From contig OZ242311.1 of the NCBI GenBank assembly GCA_965207885.1, forward strand, positions 1,984,001 through 2,048,000: a stretch of DNA of 64,000 nt, written 5' to 3'. The notes under the pieces are model-generated. The model did no database searches. It was not told the DNA's origin and was given only the letters and a program-made list of their open reading frames with translations. Both the position numbers and the translations under genes were made by a program. Each line of letters begins with the position of its first letter. Position 1 is the stretch's first letter. Source of the stretch: Candidatus Latescibacterota bacterium (GTDB taxonomy: Bacteria > Latescibacterota > UBA2968). Below, one piece after another: positions 11,679 to 21,072 of this stretch.

Positions 11679-12851
11679 ATGAGTAGCCGACGTTTGCAAA
11701 TAACATTGCAGCCTGCTGTGTTGCGGTGGGCGCGGGAGCGGGCGCGCATTGATGCCGAGCAACTGGCGGATAAGATGCAGGTGAAGCCGGAGCGCGTGTT
11801 GGCGTGGGAGCGCGATGGCAGGATCAGCATTGCCCAAGCAGACAGACTTGCCCAGCGTACGCATACTGCTCTGGGCTTGCTATACTTGACAGAACCGCCC
11901 AAAGATCTCTTGCCAATACCCGATTTTCGTACCCGAGACGATGATCTGCAGCCGAGTGTCAATCTCCTCGATACTATTTATCTGATGCAGCGTCGTCAAT
12001 CCTGGATGCGCGACGAGTTAATCGGGGAGGGTGCTCGACCGCTGAACTTCATTGGAAGCTATGAGATAGATGGCGATCCCCTGCAAGTCGCCCGTGCAAT
12101 GCGTGATGCACTCCAACTTACTGACGATTGGGCAGCATCTGTATTTACCTGGTCTGATGCCCTTGGGCATTTACGAAATAAAGCTGAAGATGCCGGTGTG
12201 CTGGTAGTTTTCAATGGCGTTGTGGGAAATAATACAAGCCGCAAACTCGATCCAGATGAATTTCAGGGCTTTGCTCTTGTAGATGAGTATGCTCCGTTGG
12301 TCTTTGTGAACAATGCCGACTTCAAAGCAGCGCAGATGTTCACCCTGGCTCACGAACTCGCACATCTTTTTGTTGGAGAGACTGGGGTGTCCAGTTTTGA
12401 ACATCTGAAGTTCGATTCTAATACCACAGAGAGATTTTGTGACCAGATAGCGGCGGAGTTTTTGGTGCCAGCAGAGGAGTTGCGAGCCTTTTGGCCTATA
12501 GCTGAGCAGGCAAGCGATCCTTATCAGCCTGTTGCACGCCAGTTCAAGGTAAGTTCTCTCGTAGCCGCACGTCGAGCGCGCGATCTCGGCTTGATTCAAC
12601 CGATTGCCTTTTTCAAATTCTATGACGAATATATGGAGAGGGAATGGCACAGCAGCCAGCAAAGTCAAGCAAGTGGTGGCAATTTCTGGAATACTCAGAA
12701 ATGGCGCATTGGCACCCGCTTTGGCACGGCAATCTTCCGTGCAGTGAAGGAAGGCCGTCTGCTCTATCGCGAAGCGTACAATCTCACCGGTCTAAAGGGA
12801 GAAACTTTTGAAAATATGCGAGACAAGATGGGAATACTGCCCGGTAATTGA
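11679..12851 (+). CDS. XRE-HTH + ImmA/IrrE Zn metallopeptidase
   Basis: LRWARER..LAWERDG HTH; FTLAHELAH HEXXH; ERFCDQIAAEFL; GGNFW. Confidence 0.9.
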   Translation: MSSRRLQITLQPAVLRWARERARIDAEQLADKMQVKPERVLAWERDGRISIAQADRLAQRTHTALGLLYLTEPPKDLLPIPDFRTRDDDLQPSVNLLDTIYLMQRRQSWMRDELIGEGARPLNFIGSYEIDGDPLQVARAMRDALQLTDDWAASVFTWSDALGHLRNKAEDAGVLVVFNGVVGNNTSRKLDPDEFQGFALVDEYAPLVFVNNADFKAAQMFTLAHELAHLFVGETGVSSFEHLKFDSNTTERFCDQIAAEFLVPAEELRAFWPIAEQASDPYQPVARQFKVSSLVAARRARDLGLIQPIAFFKFYDEYMEREWHSSQQSQASGGNFWNTQKWRIGTRFGTAIFRAVKEGRLLYREAYNLTGLKGETFENMRDKMGILPGN

Positions 12852-13045
12852 CGGGTAATTGATGGGTAATTGACATATAGGGAACCGGGAAACTGTGAAT
12901 TTTACTTAACTTATTTATTTTACTTAATTTATGTAATTGACGGGTAATTGACTGTTACTTGACTGGCGATCCGAGGTGTGAGATCGTATTTCTCATAACT
13001 TATTGAATATACGACGTTTATTTTACTTGACTGTTACTTGACTGA
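12843..13045 (+). repeat. Two further 11-mer array modules with different units (TAATTGACGGG, TACTTGACTGT) separated by AT-rich IHF-like spacers
   Basis: ggtaattgacgggtaattgatgggtaattgac ... taattgacgggtaattgactgttacttgactg ... ttacttgactgttacttgactg. Confidence 0.8.
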
Positions 13046-13104
13046 AACGCATTTGGAATGATATTTTTCCATACCTGAAAAGCAACCCAAAGAGAGAGTA
13101 AGGT

Positions 13105-16100
13105 ATGAGGAGTCCGGATACTGAACCAACGCAATCTCAGAAAGAAGAGTTGGACGCGCTTGCGGCTCTGCCCGATGATCAGATAGATACTTCTGATATC
13201 CCTGAGATTATTGAGGGGTCAAATTATGTACGCGGGCTGTTTCAGAAGTCCGCCAGTGAGCGGAGTAAGGCGATAGGTGAACTCAGAGGCAGACGTTCGT
13301 CGGTTACCGATACTTCTGAACGCGGTTTGGAAGATCGTATTTGTGAGATGTTGGCTGGTAGGGCGGATGAATCGAGTTCGGGTGATGTAGGGGAACGTCC
13401 GGCTGCATATAGCGCGGGTTGGCGGTATGGGGAGCGCGAGGATTACGACCGTGAGTATTGCGTGGATCTGGCGCAGTTGACGGCTTTTCTGATGGCGACG
13501 CAACCGAGGGTTGCTGAGGCGCTGTCTCTGGAGAGCGATAATCCAACGCGACGCCGTTTTCTCGCCCGGCTGAAGAATGAAGTTAGCAGGCGCGGGATTG
13601 TGGATGTGCTTCGCAATGGCGTTAAGCACGGGCCGCACGATATTACGCTTTTTTACGGTGCGCCATCGCCGGGCAACCGACGGGCAGTGGTGCTTTACGA
13701 GCAGAATCGCTTTTCGGTTACGCGCCAGTTGTCGTATAGCAATGCCAATAAGCGGCTCGCGCTTGATCTCGCGCTGTTTATCAATGGCCTGCCGGTGGCG
13801 ACTTTTGAGTTGAAAAATAGTCTTACGAAGCAGACGGTGGCAGATGCGGTTGAGCAATACAAACGCGACCGCGATCCGAGGGAGGAACTTTTCCGCATTG
13901 GTCGTTGTTTGGCTCATTTTGCTGTGGATGAACACGAGGTGATGTTTTGTACGCATTTGAAGGGCAAATCGTCATGGTTTCTGCCTTTCAATAAGGGGTG
14001 GAATGACGGTACTGGCAATCCGACCGATCCCAATGGTCTTAAGACCGATTATCTGTGGCAGGAGGTTCTGACCCGGCAGAGTTTGACGGATATTATCGAG
14101 AATTATGCTCTGCTGGTGGAGTCTGCCGACGTGCAGACCGGGCGTAAGACGCGGAAACAGATCTGGCCGCGCTATCACCAGTTGGATGTGGTGCGGAAGT
14201 TACTGGCCGATGCTGTGGAGAAGGGGGCGGGGCAGCGTTATCTCATTCAGCATTCGGCGGGTAGTGGCAAGTCCAATTCTATCGCCTGGTTGGCACACCG
14301 TCTCATTGGGTTGGAAAAGGGCGGTGAGACAGTTTTTGATTCGATTATTGTTGTGACTGATCGGATTATTTTGGACCGACAAATCAACGATACTATTCGG
14401 CAGTTCGCGCAGGTGGGCGCGACTGTTGGGCACGCCGAAAACTCTGGCGATTTGCGTCGTTTTATCGGTGCGGGAAAGAAAATCATTATCTCTACTGTGC
14501 AGAAGTTCCCGTTTATCCTGGACGAGATTGGCGCAGATCATCGGGGGAGCCGGTTTGCTATCATTATTGACGAGGCGCATTCCAGCCAGGGTGGGCGTAC
14601 GTCTTCGGCAATGGCACAGGCTCTGGGCGACCATGAGGACGGGGATGATGAAGATACGTTTGAAGATAAAATTAACCGGATTATTGAGCAGAAGCGGCTG
14701 TTGACCAATGCGAGCTATTTTGCCTTTACTGCTACGCCGAAGAATAAGACGCTGGAGTTATTTGGTACGCCAGCGCCGCAGCCCGATGGTACGACAAAGC
14801 ATTGGTCCTTCCACGGCTATGCAATAAAACAGGCGATTGAGGAGGGTTTTATTCTGGATGTGCTGGGTAATTATACGCCGGTAACGAGTTATTATCACCT
14901 CGCCAAGACGATAGAAGATGATCCGGAGTTTGATACAATAAAGGCGAAGAAGAAGCTCATCAGCTATGTGGAAACGCACAGCCATGCGATTCGTCTCAAA
15001 GCCGAGATTATGGTTGACCATTTCCACGAGCAGGTGCTGGCACCGCGCAAAATTGGGGGACAGGCGCGGGCGATGGTTGTAACTGGTGGTATTCAGATGG
15101 CGATTGAATACTATCACGCCATCCGCGATTATCTGAAGGAGCGCAATAGCACGCACAAAGCTATTGTCGCTTTTTCTGGCGAGGTGGATTACGGCGGTGA
15201 GAGGGTGAGTGAATCGTCGTTGAACGGTTTTCCATCATCGCAGATTGCCAGTAAGATTCAGGAAGATCCCTATCGGTTGCTGGTCTGTGCGGATAAGTTC
15301 CAGACGGGTTATGATGAGCCTCTGCTACATGTGATGTACGTGGATAAGGTGCTTTCTGGTATTAAGGCCGTGCAGACGCTCTCTCGTCTCAATCGCGCCC
15401 ACCCTGATAAGCGCGATACGTTTGTGCTGGATTTCTACAATGACGCTGATATGATAAAGGATGCTTTTGCTGATTACTACCGTACGACTATTTTGGCGGA
15501 TGAAACCGATCCCAATAAGTTGCACGACCTCAAAGCCTCGCTGGATGTCCGGCAGGTTTATTCAGATGAGCAAGTCCACAATGTGGTGGTGTCGTATTTG
15601 AAGGGCGATGACCGCGGGGCTTTTGATCCAATTTTGGACGAGTGTGTGGCGATCTATCGCAGTGAATTGGATGAGGATGGGCAGGTTGAATTTAAGGGCA
15701 ATGCCAAAGCCTTTGTGCGCGCATACAACTTTTTGTCTCAGGTGCTTCCATACGCGAATGTGGAGTGGGAACAGCTTTCCATTTTTTTGAATTTTCTCGT
15801 TCCCAAGCTGCCGACGCCCGTTACTGAAGATTTGTCGCTAGGGATTGAGGGTGCTATTGATATGGATAGCTATCGCGCCGAGAAACAGGCGACGATGAAA
15901 ATTTTGCTGTCCGATGAGGATGCGGAGATCGAGCCGGTGCCCGCAGGTGGTGGCGGTCATAAGCCAGAGCCGGAAATGGACCGGCTTTCCAATATTCTCC
16001 GGTCGTTTAACGACCTTTTTGGCGATATTCCGTGGACCAATGAAGACCGTATTCGCAGGATGATTACTGAGGATGTTCCGAAGATGGTTGATGCGGATAG

Positions 16101-16284
16101 TGCCTATCGCAATGCGCGGGAACATTCAGATGAGCAGAATACGCGCATTGAACACGATAAGGCGTTGGAGAAAGCGATTATGGCGCTGCTCTCTGATGAT
16201 ACTGAACTTTACAAGCAGTATTCCCAGAATGAAGCGTTTAAACGCTGGCTTGAAAATAGCGTGTTTGAATTGACCAATCGCTAA
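13105..16284 (+). CDS. hsdR: Type I R-M restriction subunit R with N-terminal BrnA-like extension
   Basis: DLALFINGLPVATFELK nuclease, QHSAGSGKS Walker A, IIIDEAH, FTATP, FQTGYD; the usual HsdR start (TDTSE.GLE) lies about 66 aa in. Confidence 0.95.
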   Translation: MRSPDTEPTQSQKEELDALAALPDDQIDTSDIPEIIEGSNYVRGLFQKSASERSKAIGELRGRRSSVTDTSERGLEDRICEMLAGRADESSSGDVGERPAAYSAGWRYGEREDYDREYCVDLAQLTAFLMATQPRVAEALSLESDNPTRRRFLARLKNEVSRRGIVDVLRNGVKHGPHDITLFYGAPSPGNRRAVVLYEQNRFSVTRQLSYSNANKRLALDLALFINGLPVATFELKNSLTKQTVADAVEQYKRDRDPREELFRIGRCLAHFAVDEHEVMFCTHLKGKSSWFLPFNKGWNDGTGNPTDPNGLKTDYLWQEVLTRQSLTDIIENYALLVESADVQTGRKTRKQIWPRYHQLDVVRKLLADAVEKGAGQRYLIQHSAGSGKSNSIAWLAHRLIGLEKGGETVFDSIIVVTDRIILDRQINDTIRQFAQVGATVGHAENSGDLRRFIGAGKKIIISTVQKFPFILDEIGADHRGSRFAIIIDEAHSSQGGRTSSAMAQALGDHEDGDDEDTFEDKINRIIEQKRLLTNASYFAFTATPKNKTLELFGTPAPQPDGTTKHWSFHGYAIKQAIEEGFILDVLGNYTPVTSYYHLAKTIEDDPEFDTIKAKKKLISYVETHSHAIRLKAEIMVDHFHEQVLAPRKIGGQARAMVVTGGIQMAIEYYHAIRDYLKERNSTHKAIVAFSGEVDYGGERVSESSLNGFPSSQIASKIQEDPYRLLVCADKFQTGYDEPLLHVMYVDKVLSGIKAVQTLSRLNRAHPDKRDTFVLDFYNDADMIKDAFADYYRTTILADETDPNKLHDLKASLDVRQVYSDEQVHNVVVSYLKGDDRGAFDPILDECVAIYRSELDEDGQVEFKGNAKAFVRAYNFLSQVLPYANVEWEQLSIFLNFLVPKLPTPVTEDLSLGIEGAIDMDSYRAEKQATMKILLSDEDAEIEPVPAGGGGHKPEPEMDRLSNILRSFNDLFGDIPWTNEDRIRRMITEDVPKMVDADSAYRNAREHSDEQNTRIEHDKALEKAIMALLSDDTELYKQYSQNEAFKRWLENSVFELTNR

Positions 16285-16329
16285 TGTTGGGTACTCCGCG
16301 TATTGGAGAATATAGAGCAAAAGGTGAGT

Positions 16330-16520
16330 AGTTCGGTGCGGATGGGAGGGAGCTCGACACGGATGAGGGGGAGTTCAGTGCGGATGGGAGGGAGTTCGGT
16401 ACAGATACAGGGGAGCTTGGCAACGGATACAGGGGAGTTCGGCTCGGATACAGGGGAGCTTGGCAACGGATACAAGGGAGTTCGGCTCGGATACAGGTAA
16501 GCTTCACTCGGATGCTTAGC
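16330..16520 (+). repeat. Tandem array of about nine 21-22-bp degenerate units (AGTTCGGCTCGGATACAGGGG-like)
   Basis: Units read directly, e.g. agttcggtgcggatgggaggg / agcttggcaacggatacagggg / agttcggctcggatacagggg. Confidence 0.85.
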
Positions 16521-16550
16521 CCGGATACCGGTATGCTCCTGGTTGCTTAA

Positions 16551-16590
16551 CAAAACAGCCCGTCCTGAAAATGGATGGGCTATTTTTTAT
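16551..16590. terminator. Bidirectional intrinsic terminator between convergent genes
   Basis: aaaacagcccgtcc-tgaaaat-ggatgggctattttttat. Confidence 0.65.
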
Positions 16591-16978
16591 TAAATCCGCC
16601 TTCACGCGCCTGGCGGGTCATTTCCTGGATGAGTTTGGGTGCGGGGTCTTCCCAGCCTTCGGGTTTGAGTATCTTGCCGTCTTCTCGGCGAATGACTTTT
16701 CCGTTTACGACTTTTTGCATGTTTGCATTGTGGACGATGTCGAAGAGCGGATCGAGGTTGATGCCGTTTCGGACGGCGAAGTCGCAGATGTAGTAAATTG
16801 CATCGACGAGCGCGTCAGCCTGTTCTGTGACGGTTTGCGCGGCCATTAATTCGTCCATTTCATCGTTGACCATTTGTCGTATAAATGCGATGCCTTCTGT
16901 TGTCATGTTTTGCGGATGCGCTGGCAGGTCGTCGTTACAGGCCATTGTAAATTCGCGCACTTGAGCGGTGTATCCCAT
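16580..16978 (-). CDS. MazG-like/PRA-PH all-alpha NTP pyrophosphohydrolase (DR2231-like)
   Basis: EMDELM..QADALVDAIY..FDIVHNANMQK..RREDGKILKPEGW; start ATG 16978. Confidence 0.8.
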   Translation of the reverse strand: MGYTAQVREFTMACNDDLPAHPQNMTTEGIAFIRQMVNDEMDELMAAQTVTEQADALVDAIYYICDFAVRNGINLDPLFDIVHNANMQKVVNGKVIRREDGKILKPEGWEDPAPKLIQEMTRQAREGGFNKK

Positions 16979-17205
16979 GCGTACTCCAGTTTGAAGTGTG
17001 AAGTTTGAAGTGTGAAAACCCCGCCCAACCAACCCCTATCCTCCAGCCTCTATTATGCGTTAGAAATTACTAAAGTCAAAGATCAAAAACAAATGCAATG
17101 GTTCGTCCATTCGTTTTTGGTCTTTGACTTTTGGGCGTTGCGTCTATATTTTTTGGCGCGATATTTTGTTGACAGGTGACTATGACGCGAAAGGATTTAC
17201 ATTAC

Positions 17206-18432
17206 ATGGCGAGTATTAATGCAAATTATGACAAATTGGCTGCGGGATATTTGTTTCCCGAGATTGCGCGGCGGACGGAGACTTTTCTCGATGCACATCC
17301 AGAGGTGTCGGTGATGCGGTTGGGTATTGGCAATACGACCGAGCCGCTGACGAGGAGCGTGATTGCCGGTTTGCACGATGCGGTGGATCAGATGGCGCGT
17401 GTGGAGACGTATCGCGGCTATGCCGATGGCGGAGAGGGTGAGCCTGAGATGCGGGAGGCTCTGGCGAAACGCTATGCAAAGTACGGGGTGGATCTCGATG
17501 CGTCTGAGGTTTTTGTGAGCGATGGCGCCAAGTCGGATTCGGCGAATATCCAGTCGATTTTTGGTATGGATAATGTGATTGCTGTGCAGGATCCGGCGTA
17601 TCCGGTATATGTCGATAGCAATGTGATTGCCGGACGGACGGGCGAGGCGGTGAACGATCAGTACGAAGGGCTGGTTTATATGCCGTGTACTGAGGAGAAT
17701 GGTTTTATGCCCGAGGTGCCGGATGAAAAGGTGGATTTGATCTATATTTGCAGCCCGAATAATCCTACGGGTGCTGTGGCAACGCGAGCACAGTTGCAGG
17801 CGTTTGTGGATTATGCGAGAGAACACAGGGCGGTGATTATTTACGATGCGGCTTATGCCGGGTACATCTCCGATACGGATTTGCCGCGAACGATTTACGA
17901 GGTTGAAGGGGCAAAGTCCTGTGCGATTGAGATCAATAGTTTTTCTAAAGATACCGGGTTTACGGGTGTGCGTCTGGGGTGGACGATTGTGCCGATGGAT
18001 CTGGTGGTAGAAGACGCAGAGGCGGGCAAGTTGAATACGCTGTGGGGCAGGCGTCAAAATACGTTTTTTAATGGTGCTTCGAATATTGTGCAATTGGGTG
18101 CTTTGTCGGTGTTTACAGAAGAAGGCGAGCGAGAGTGCCAGGAAATGATTGCGTATTATATGGAAAATGCGCGCATTATTCGAGCGGGGCTGAGGCGTAT
18201 TGGGCTGACGGTTTTCGGTGGTGTACACGCGCCTTATTTGTGGCTCAAGACACCGAATGGTATGTCGTCGTGGGACTTTTTTGACAAGTTGTTGTCAGAA
18301 ACCCATGTTGTGGGTACGCCGGGTTCGGGTTTTGGTCCTGCTGGCGAAGGTTATTTTCGCTTGAGTTCTTTTGGGCATCGAGAAGATGTCGAGCGGGCAG
18401 TGGCGAGTATTCAGGCGAATTTGAAGATTTGA
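17206..18432 (+). CDS. dapL: LL-diaminopimelate aminotransferase
   Basis: YLFPEI, LGIGNTTEP, SDGAK, DPAYPVY, CSPNNPTG, SFSKDTGFTGVRLG, TPGSGFG. Confidence 0.95.
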   Translation: MASINANYDKLAAGYLFPEIARRTETFLDAHPEVSVMRLGIGNTTEPLTRSVIAGLHDAVDQMARVETYRGYADGGEGEPEMREALAKRYAKYGVDLDASEVFVSDGAKSDSANIQSIFGMDNVIAVQDPAYPVYVDSNVIAGRTGEAVNDQYEGLVYMPCTEENGFMPEVPDEKVDLIYICSPNNPTGAVATRAQLQAFVDYAREHRAVIIYDAAYAGYISDTDLPRTIYEVEGAKSCAIEINSFSKDTGFTGVRLGWTIVPMDLVVEDAEAGKLNTLWGRRQNTFFNGASNIVQLGALSVFTEEGERECQEMIAYYMENARIIRAGLRRIGLTVFGGVHAPYLWLKTPNGMSSWDFFDKLLSETHVVGTPGSGFGPAGEGYFRLSSFGHREDVERAVASIQANLKI

Positions 18433-18441
18433 GGTGAACAG

Positions 18442-19887
18442 ATGATGCAGTCCAATCCGAATATTGTTTTTATTCTGGCTGATGATATGGGTTATGGAGA
18501 TCTGGCGTGCCAGAATCCAGAGTCTAAAATTCCAACGCCAAATCTGGACAGGTTGGCGTCACAGGGAGTTCGTTTTACCGATGCCCACGCGCCGTCCAGC
18601 GTTTGTACGCCGTCGCGCTATGCGATTCTTACGGGGCGGTATTCGTGGCGCACCCGGTTGCAAGGTGGCGTGTTGTGGCCCTGGGATCCGCCTTTGATTG
18701 ATCCGAAGCGAACGACGGTGGCGAGATTGCTGCGAGATCAGGGGTATCGCACGGCCTGTATTGGGAAGTGGCATCTGGGATGGCACTGGGAGACAAAGGA
18801 TGGGCGTGCGGCTTATGAAGGCGCGGAATACGGGGTGTTGGGTAGAGATCATCGGTATGAATTGGGCAAGAATATCGATTTTAGTAAGCCGGTTACTGGC
18901 GGTCCTGTAGAATGTGGATTTGATTATTATTTTGGCGATGATGTGCCCAATTTTCCGCCTTATACCTGGTTTGAAAACGATCGTTTGGTGGATGCGCCAG
19001 TTGAGGAGAAGCCCGAGGAGATGTTTGGATCGCCCGGGCCAATGGCGCCGGGATGGTCTCTCGAAGCGGTGATGCCCGAGTTGACCCATCGCGCAGTTCA
19101 ATATATTGAGGCAGCGGATGAGCAACCGTTTTTTTTGTATTTTCCGCTGACTGCGCCGCACACGCCGATTGTTCCAATAAATGAGTTTAAGGGTATGAGC
19201 GAGGCGGGTGAGTACGGAGATTTTGTGTGTGAAGTGGATTGGACTGTGGGCGAGGTGATGGCGGCTCTTGATCGAAAAGGGATTGCCGAGAATACGCTGA
19301 TTATTTTTACCAGCGATAATGGGCCCGAAAATTTTGCGTATAGACGGATCCAGGAATACGGGCATTACAGTATGGATGGCTTGCGGGGGTTGAAACGCGA
19401 TGTGTGGGAAGGTGGACACCGGGTTCCGTTTATTGCCAGGTGGCCCGGTCAGATTGAGGGGGACAGGGTTTGCGATGAGGTGATTTGTATGTCCGATTTT
19501 ATGGCTACGGTGGCGGCGATAACCGGCGTGTCTTTGTCGGAAGATATGGGTGAAGATAGTTATAATATATTGCCCGCACTTTTAGGTGAGACTTTTGATA
19601 CGCCTATCCGGGAGGCGACTGTGCATCACAGCATTCGGGGGAAGTTTGCTATTCGGAAGGGGCGCTGGGTATTGATTGATGCACCCAATGGGGATGATAA
19701 TAAAGAACCGGATTGGTTTGTGGAAGAACGCGGGTATGTGCCCCACGATCATCCGGGCGAACTTTTTGATCTCGAACGCGATCGGATTGAGCGATTTAAC
19801 CGTTATGCAGAATATCCCGAGGTCGTTGAAGAACTCAAGACTTTGCTCGAAAAGTATAAGCGAGAGGGTCGAAGTGTTTCGCGCTGA
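18442..19887 (+). CDS. Arylsulfatase (formylglycine-dependent, S1)
   Basis: PNIVFILADDMGYGD, CTPSRYAILTG, GKWHLG, SDNG. Confidence 0.93.
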   Translation: MMQSNPNIVFILADDMGYGDLACQNPESKIPTPNLDRLASQGVRFTDAHAPSSVCTPSRYAILTGRYSWRTRLQGGVLWPWDPPLIDPKRTTVARLLRDQGYRTACIGKWHLGWHWETKDGRAAYEGAEYGVLGRDHRYELGKNIDFSKPVTGGPVECGFDYYFGDDVPNFPPYTWFENDRLVDAPVEEKPEEMFGSPGPMAPGWSLEAVMPELTHRAVQYIEAADEQPFFLYFPLTAPHTPIVPINEFKGMSEAGEYGDFVCEVDWTVGEVMAALDRKGIAENTLIIFTSDNGPENFAYRRIQEYGHYSMDGLRGLKRDVWEGGHRVPFIARWPGQIEGDRVCDEVICMSDFMATVAAITGVSLSEDMGEDSYNILPALLGETFDTPIREATVHHSIRGKFAIRKGRWVLIDAPNGDDNKEPDWFVEERGYVPHDHPGELFDLERDRIERFNRYAEYPEVVEELKTLLEKYKREGRSVSR

Positions 19888-19898
19888 ACGGTAGAGGA

Positions 19899-20855
19899 AT
19901 GAATTTTATGAGACGTATTTTTTGTATCCTGATTGTATTTGTATGGATTGGTACGGTTGGGGCAGAGGTGCAGGTCGCATTTCGCTTTGAGGCTGTTTTT
20001 GGCGAAGTAGGGGGTGGCGATGGGCAGTTTCTCAATCCCGAGGGGTTGACTCTGGATACGTCGGGCAATGTGTTTGTGGCCGATACGGGAAATGACCGCG
20101 TCCAAAAATTGTCCCCAACAGGCACTTTTTTGAGGGCGGTGGGTGGACCGGGCTGGGAAGATGGGCAATTTAACAAACCGGGTGGTATTGCCGCGAGCAA
20201 GGGGTTGGATATTTATGTGGCGGATGGCCGAAATCGCCGCATTCAGGTGTTTAATCTAAATTTGCGTCTTCTGGCGGTGATTGGGGGTGCGGATGCTGGT
20301 GGTTCTGTGGATCTGGGTACGCTCAGTGGTATTGCCGTGTCGGATGCAGATGAGATTTTGGTGAGCGATATCGATGCCGATCAACTGGTGCAGATCGATA
20401 CGTATAGCCGCGTTGATCGCAGTTTTGGCGGTTTTGGATATGGGGCTGGCAATTTGCGGCGTCCTTTGGGGGTTGCAATAGAAGGTCGCAAGGCAGTTTA
20501 TGTTTGCGATAGCGAGAATGATCGGATTGCGGTATTCGACAGGTTTGGCAATTTTCAAAAGACGATGGGCGAAGATGTTTTATTGCAGCCCTCGGCGCTG
20601 TGTGTAGGGCCTGATCGGACGTTGATTGTAGCGGATACGGGCCACCATCGCATTGTGGTGTTTGACCTCGATTCTGGCGGGGTTGCAGGGTTGTTGGGCG
20701 GTCCCGGTCCGGGAAAGGGCGCGATGGCTTTTCAGTTTCCCCGGGGTGTCGCACTTGGACGCGCTGGCAGGTTGTTCGTTCTGGATTCGGGGAACGGGCG
20801 TATTCAGAAATTGCAATTGCAAGTTTCGAGGATCCGCAGAAAAAAACGCGAATAA
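19899..20855 (+). CDS. Secreted NHL-repeat beta-propeller protein
   Basis: Signal peptide; repeated GQFxxPxG..VADTGNxRVQ motifs. Confidence 0.88.
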   Translation: MNFMRRIFCILIVFVWIGTVGAEVQVAFRFEAVFGEVGGGDGQFLNPEGLTLDTSGNVFVADTGNDRVQKLSPTGTFLRAVGGPGWEDGQFNKPGGIAASKGLDIYVADGRNRRIQVFNLNLRLLAVIGGADAGGSVDLGTLSGIAVSDADEILVSDIDADQLVQIDTYSRVDRSFGGFGYGAGNLRRPLGVAIEGRKAVYVCDSENDRIAVFDRFGNFQKTMGEDVLLQPSALCVGPDRTLIVADTGHHRIVVFDLDSGGVAGLLGGPGPGKGAMAFQFPRGVALGRAGRLFVLDSGNGRIQKLQLQVSRIRRKKRE

Positions 20856-20924
20856 TTTGAGCGTTTTTCGCAGATGGGCGCAGATGAAAAGAGGGTCTGT
20901 GAATTGGGAAGGATGAAGTGAGAC

Positions 20925-20983
20925 GTAGGGGCGAAAATTTTTTCGCCCGTCCATAATGTAGGGGCAACCCTCGTGGTTGCCCG
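20925..20983 (+). repeat. Two GTAG-type REP-like palindromes
   Basis: gtaggggcgaaaatttttttcgccc and gtaggggcaaccctcgtggttgccc. Confidence 0.6.
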
Positions 20984-21072
20984 TGTTCATGGGCAGACCG
21001 CATTAACACAACAGGCCGGGATGTTCCGCGGGGGCGGGATGTCCTGTTTTTTTTACATACGAGACATGAGAG

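Noticed and set aside
11467-11682. 71-aa ORF before the ImmA/IrrE gene
   Set aside because: Starts inside the repeat module, has no RBS or motif, and is probably a remnant.
16330-16520. Mini-CRISPR array
   Set aside because: Units are contiguous and degenerate with no unique spacers; no cas genes.
16989-17018. Short heptamer runs (GAAGTGT/GAAGTTT; similar runs near 450, 1090, 24086, 62450)
   Set aside because: Generic low-complexity intergenic repeats with no specific function inferable.
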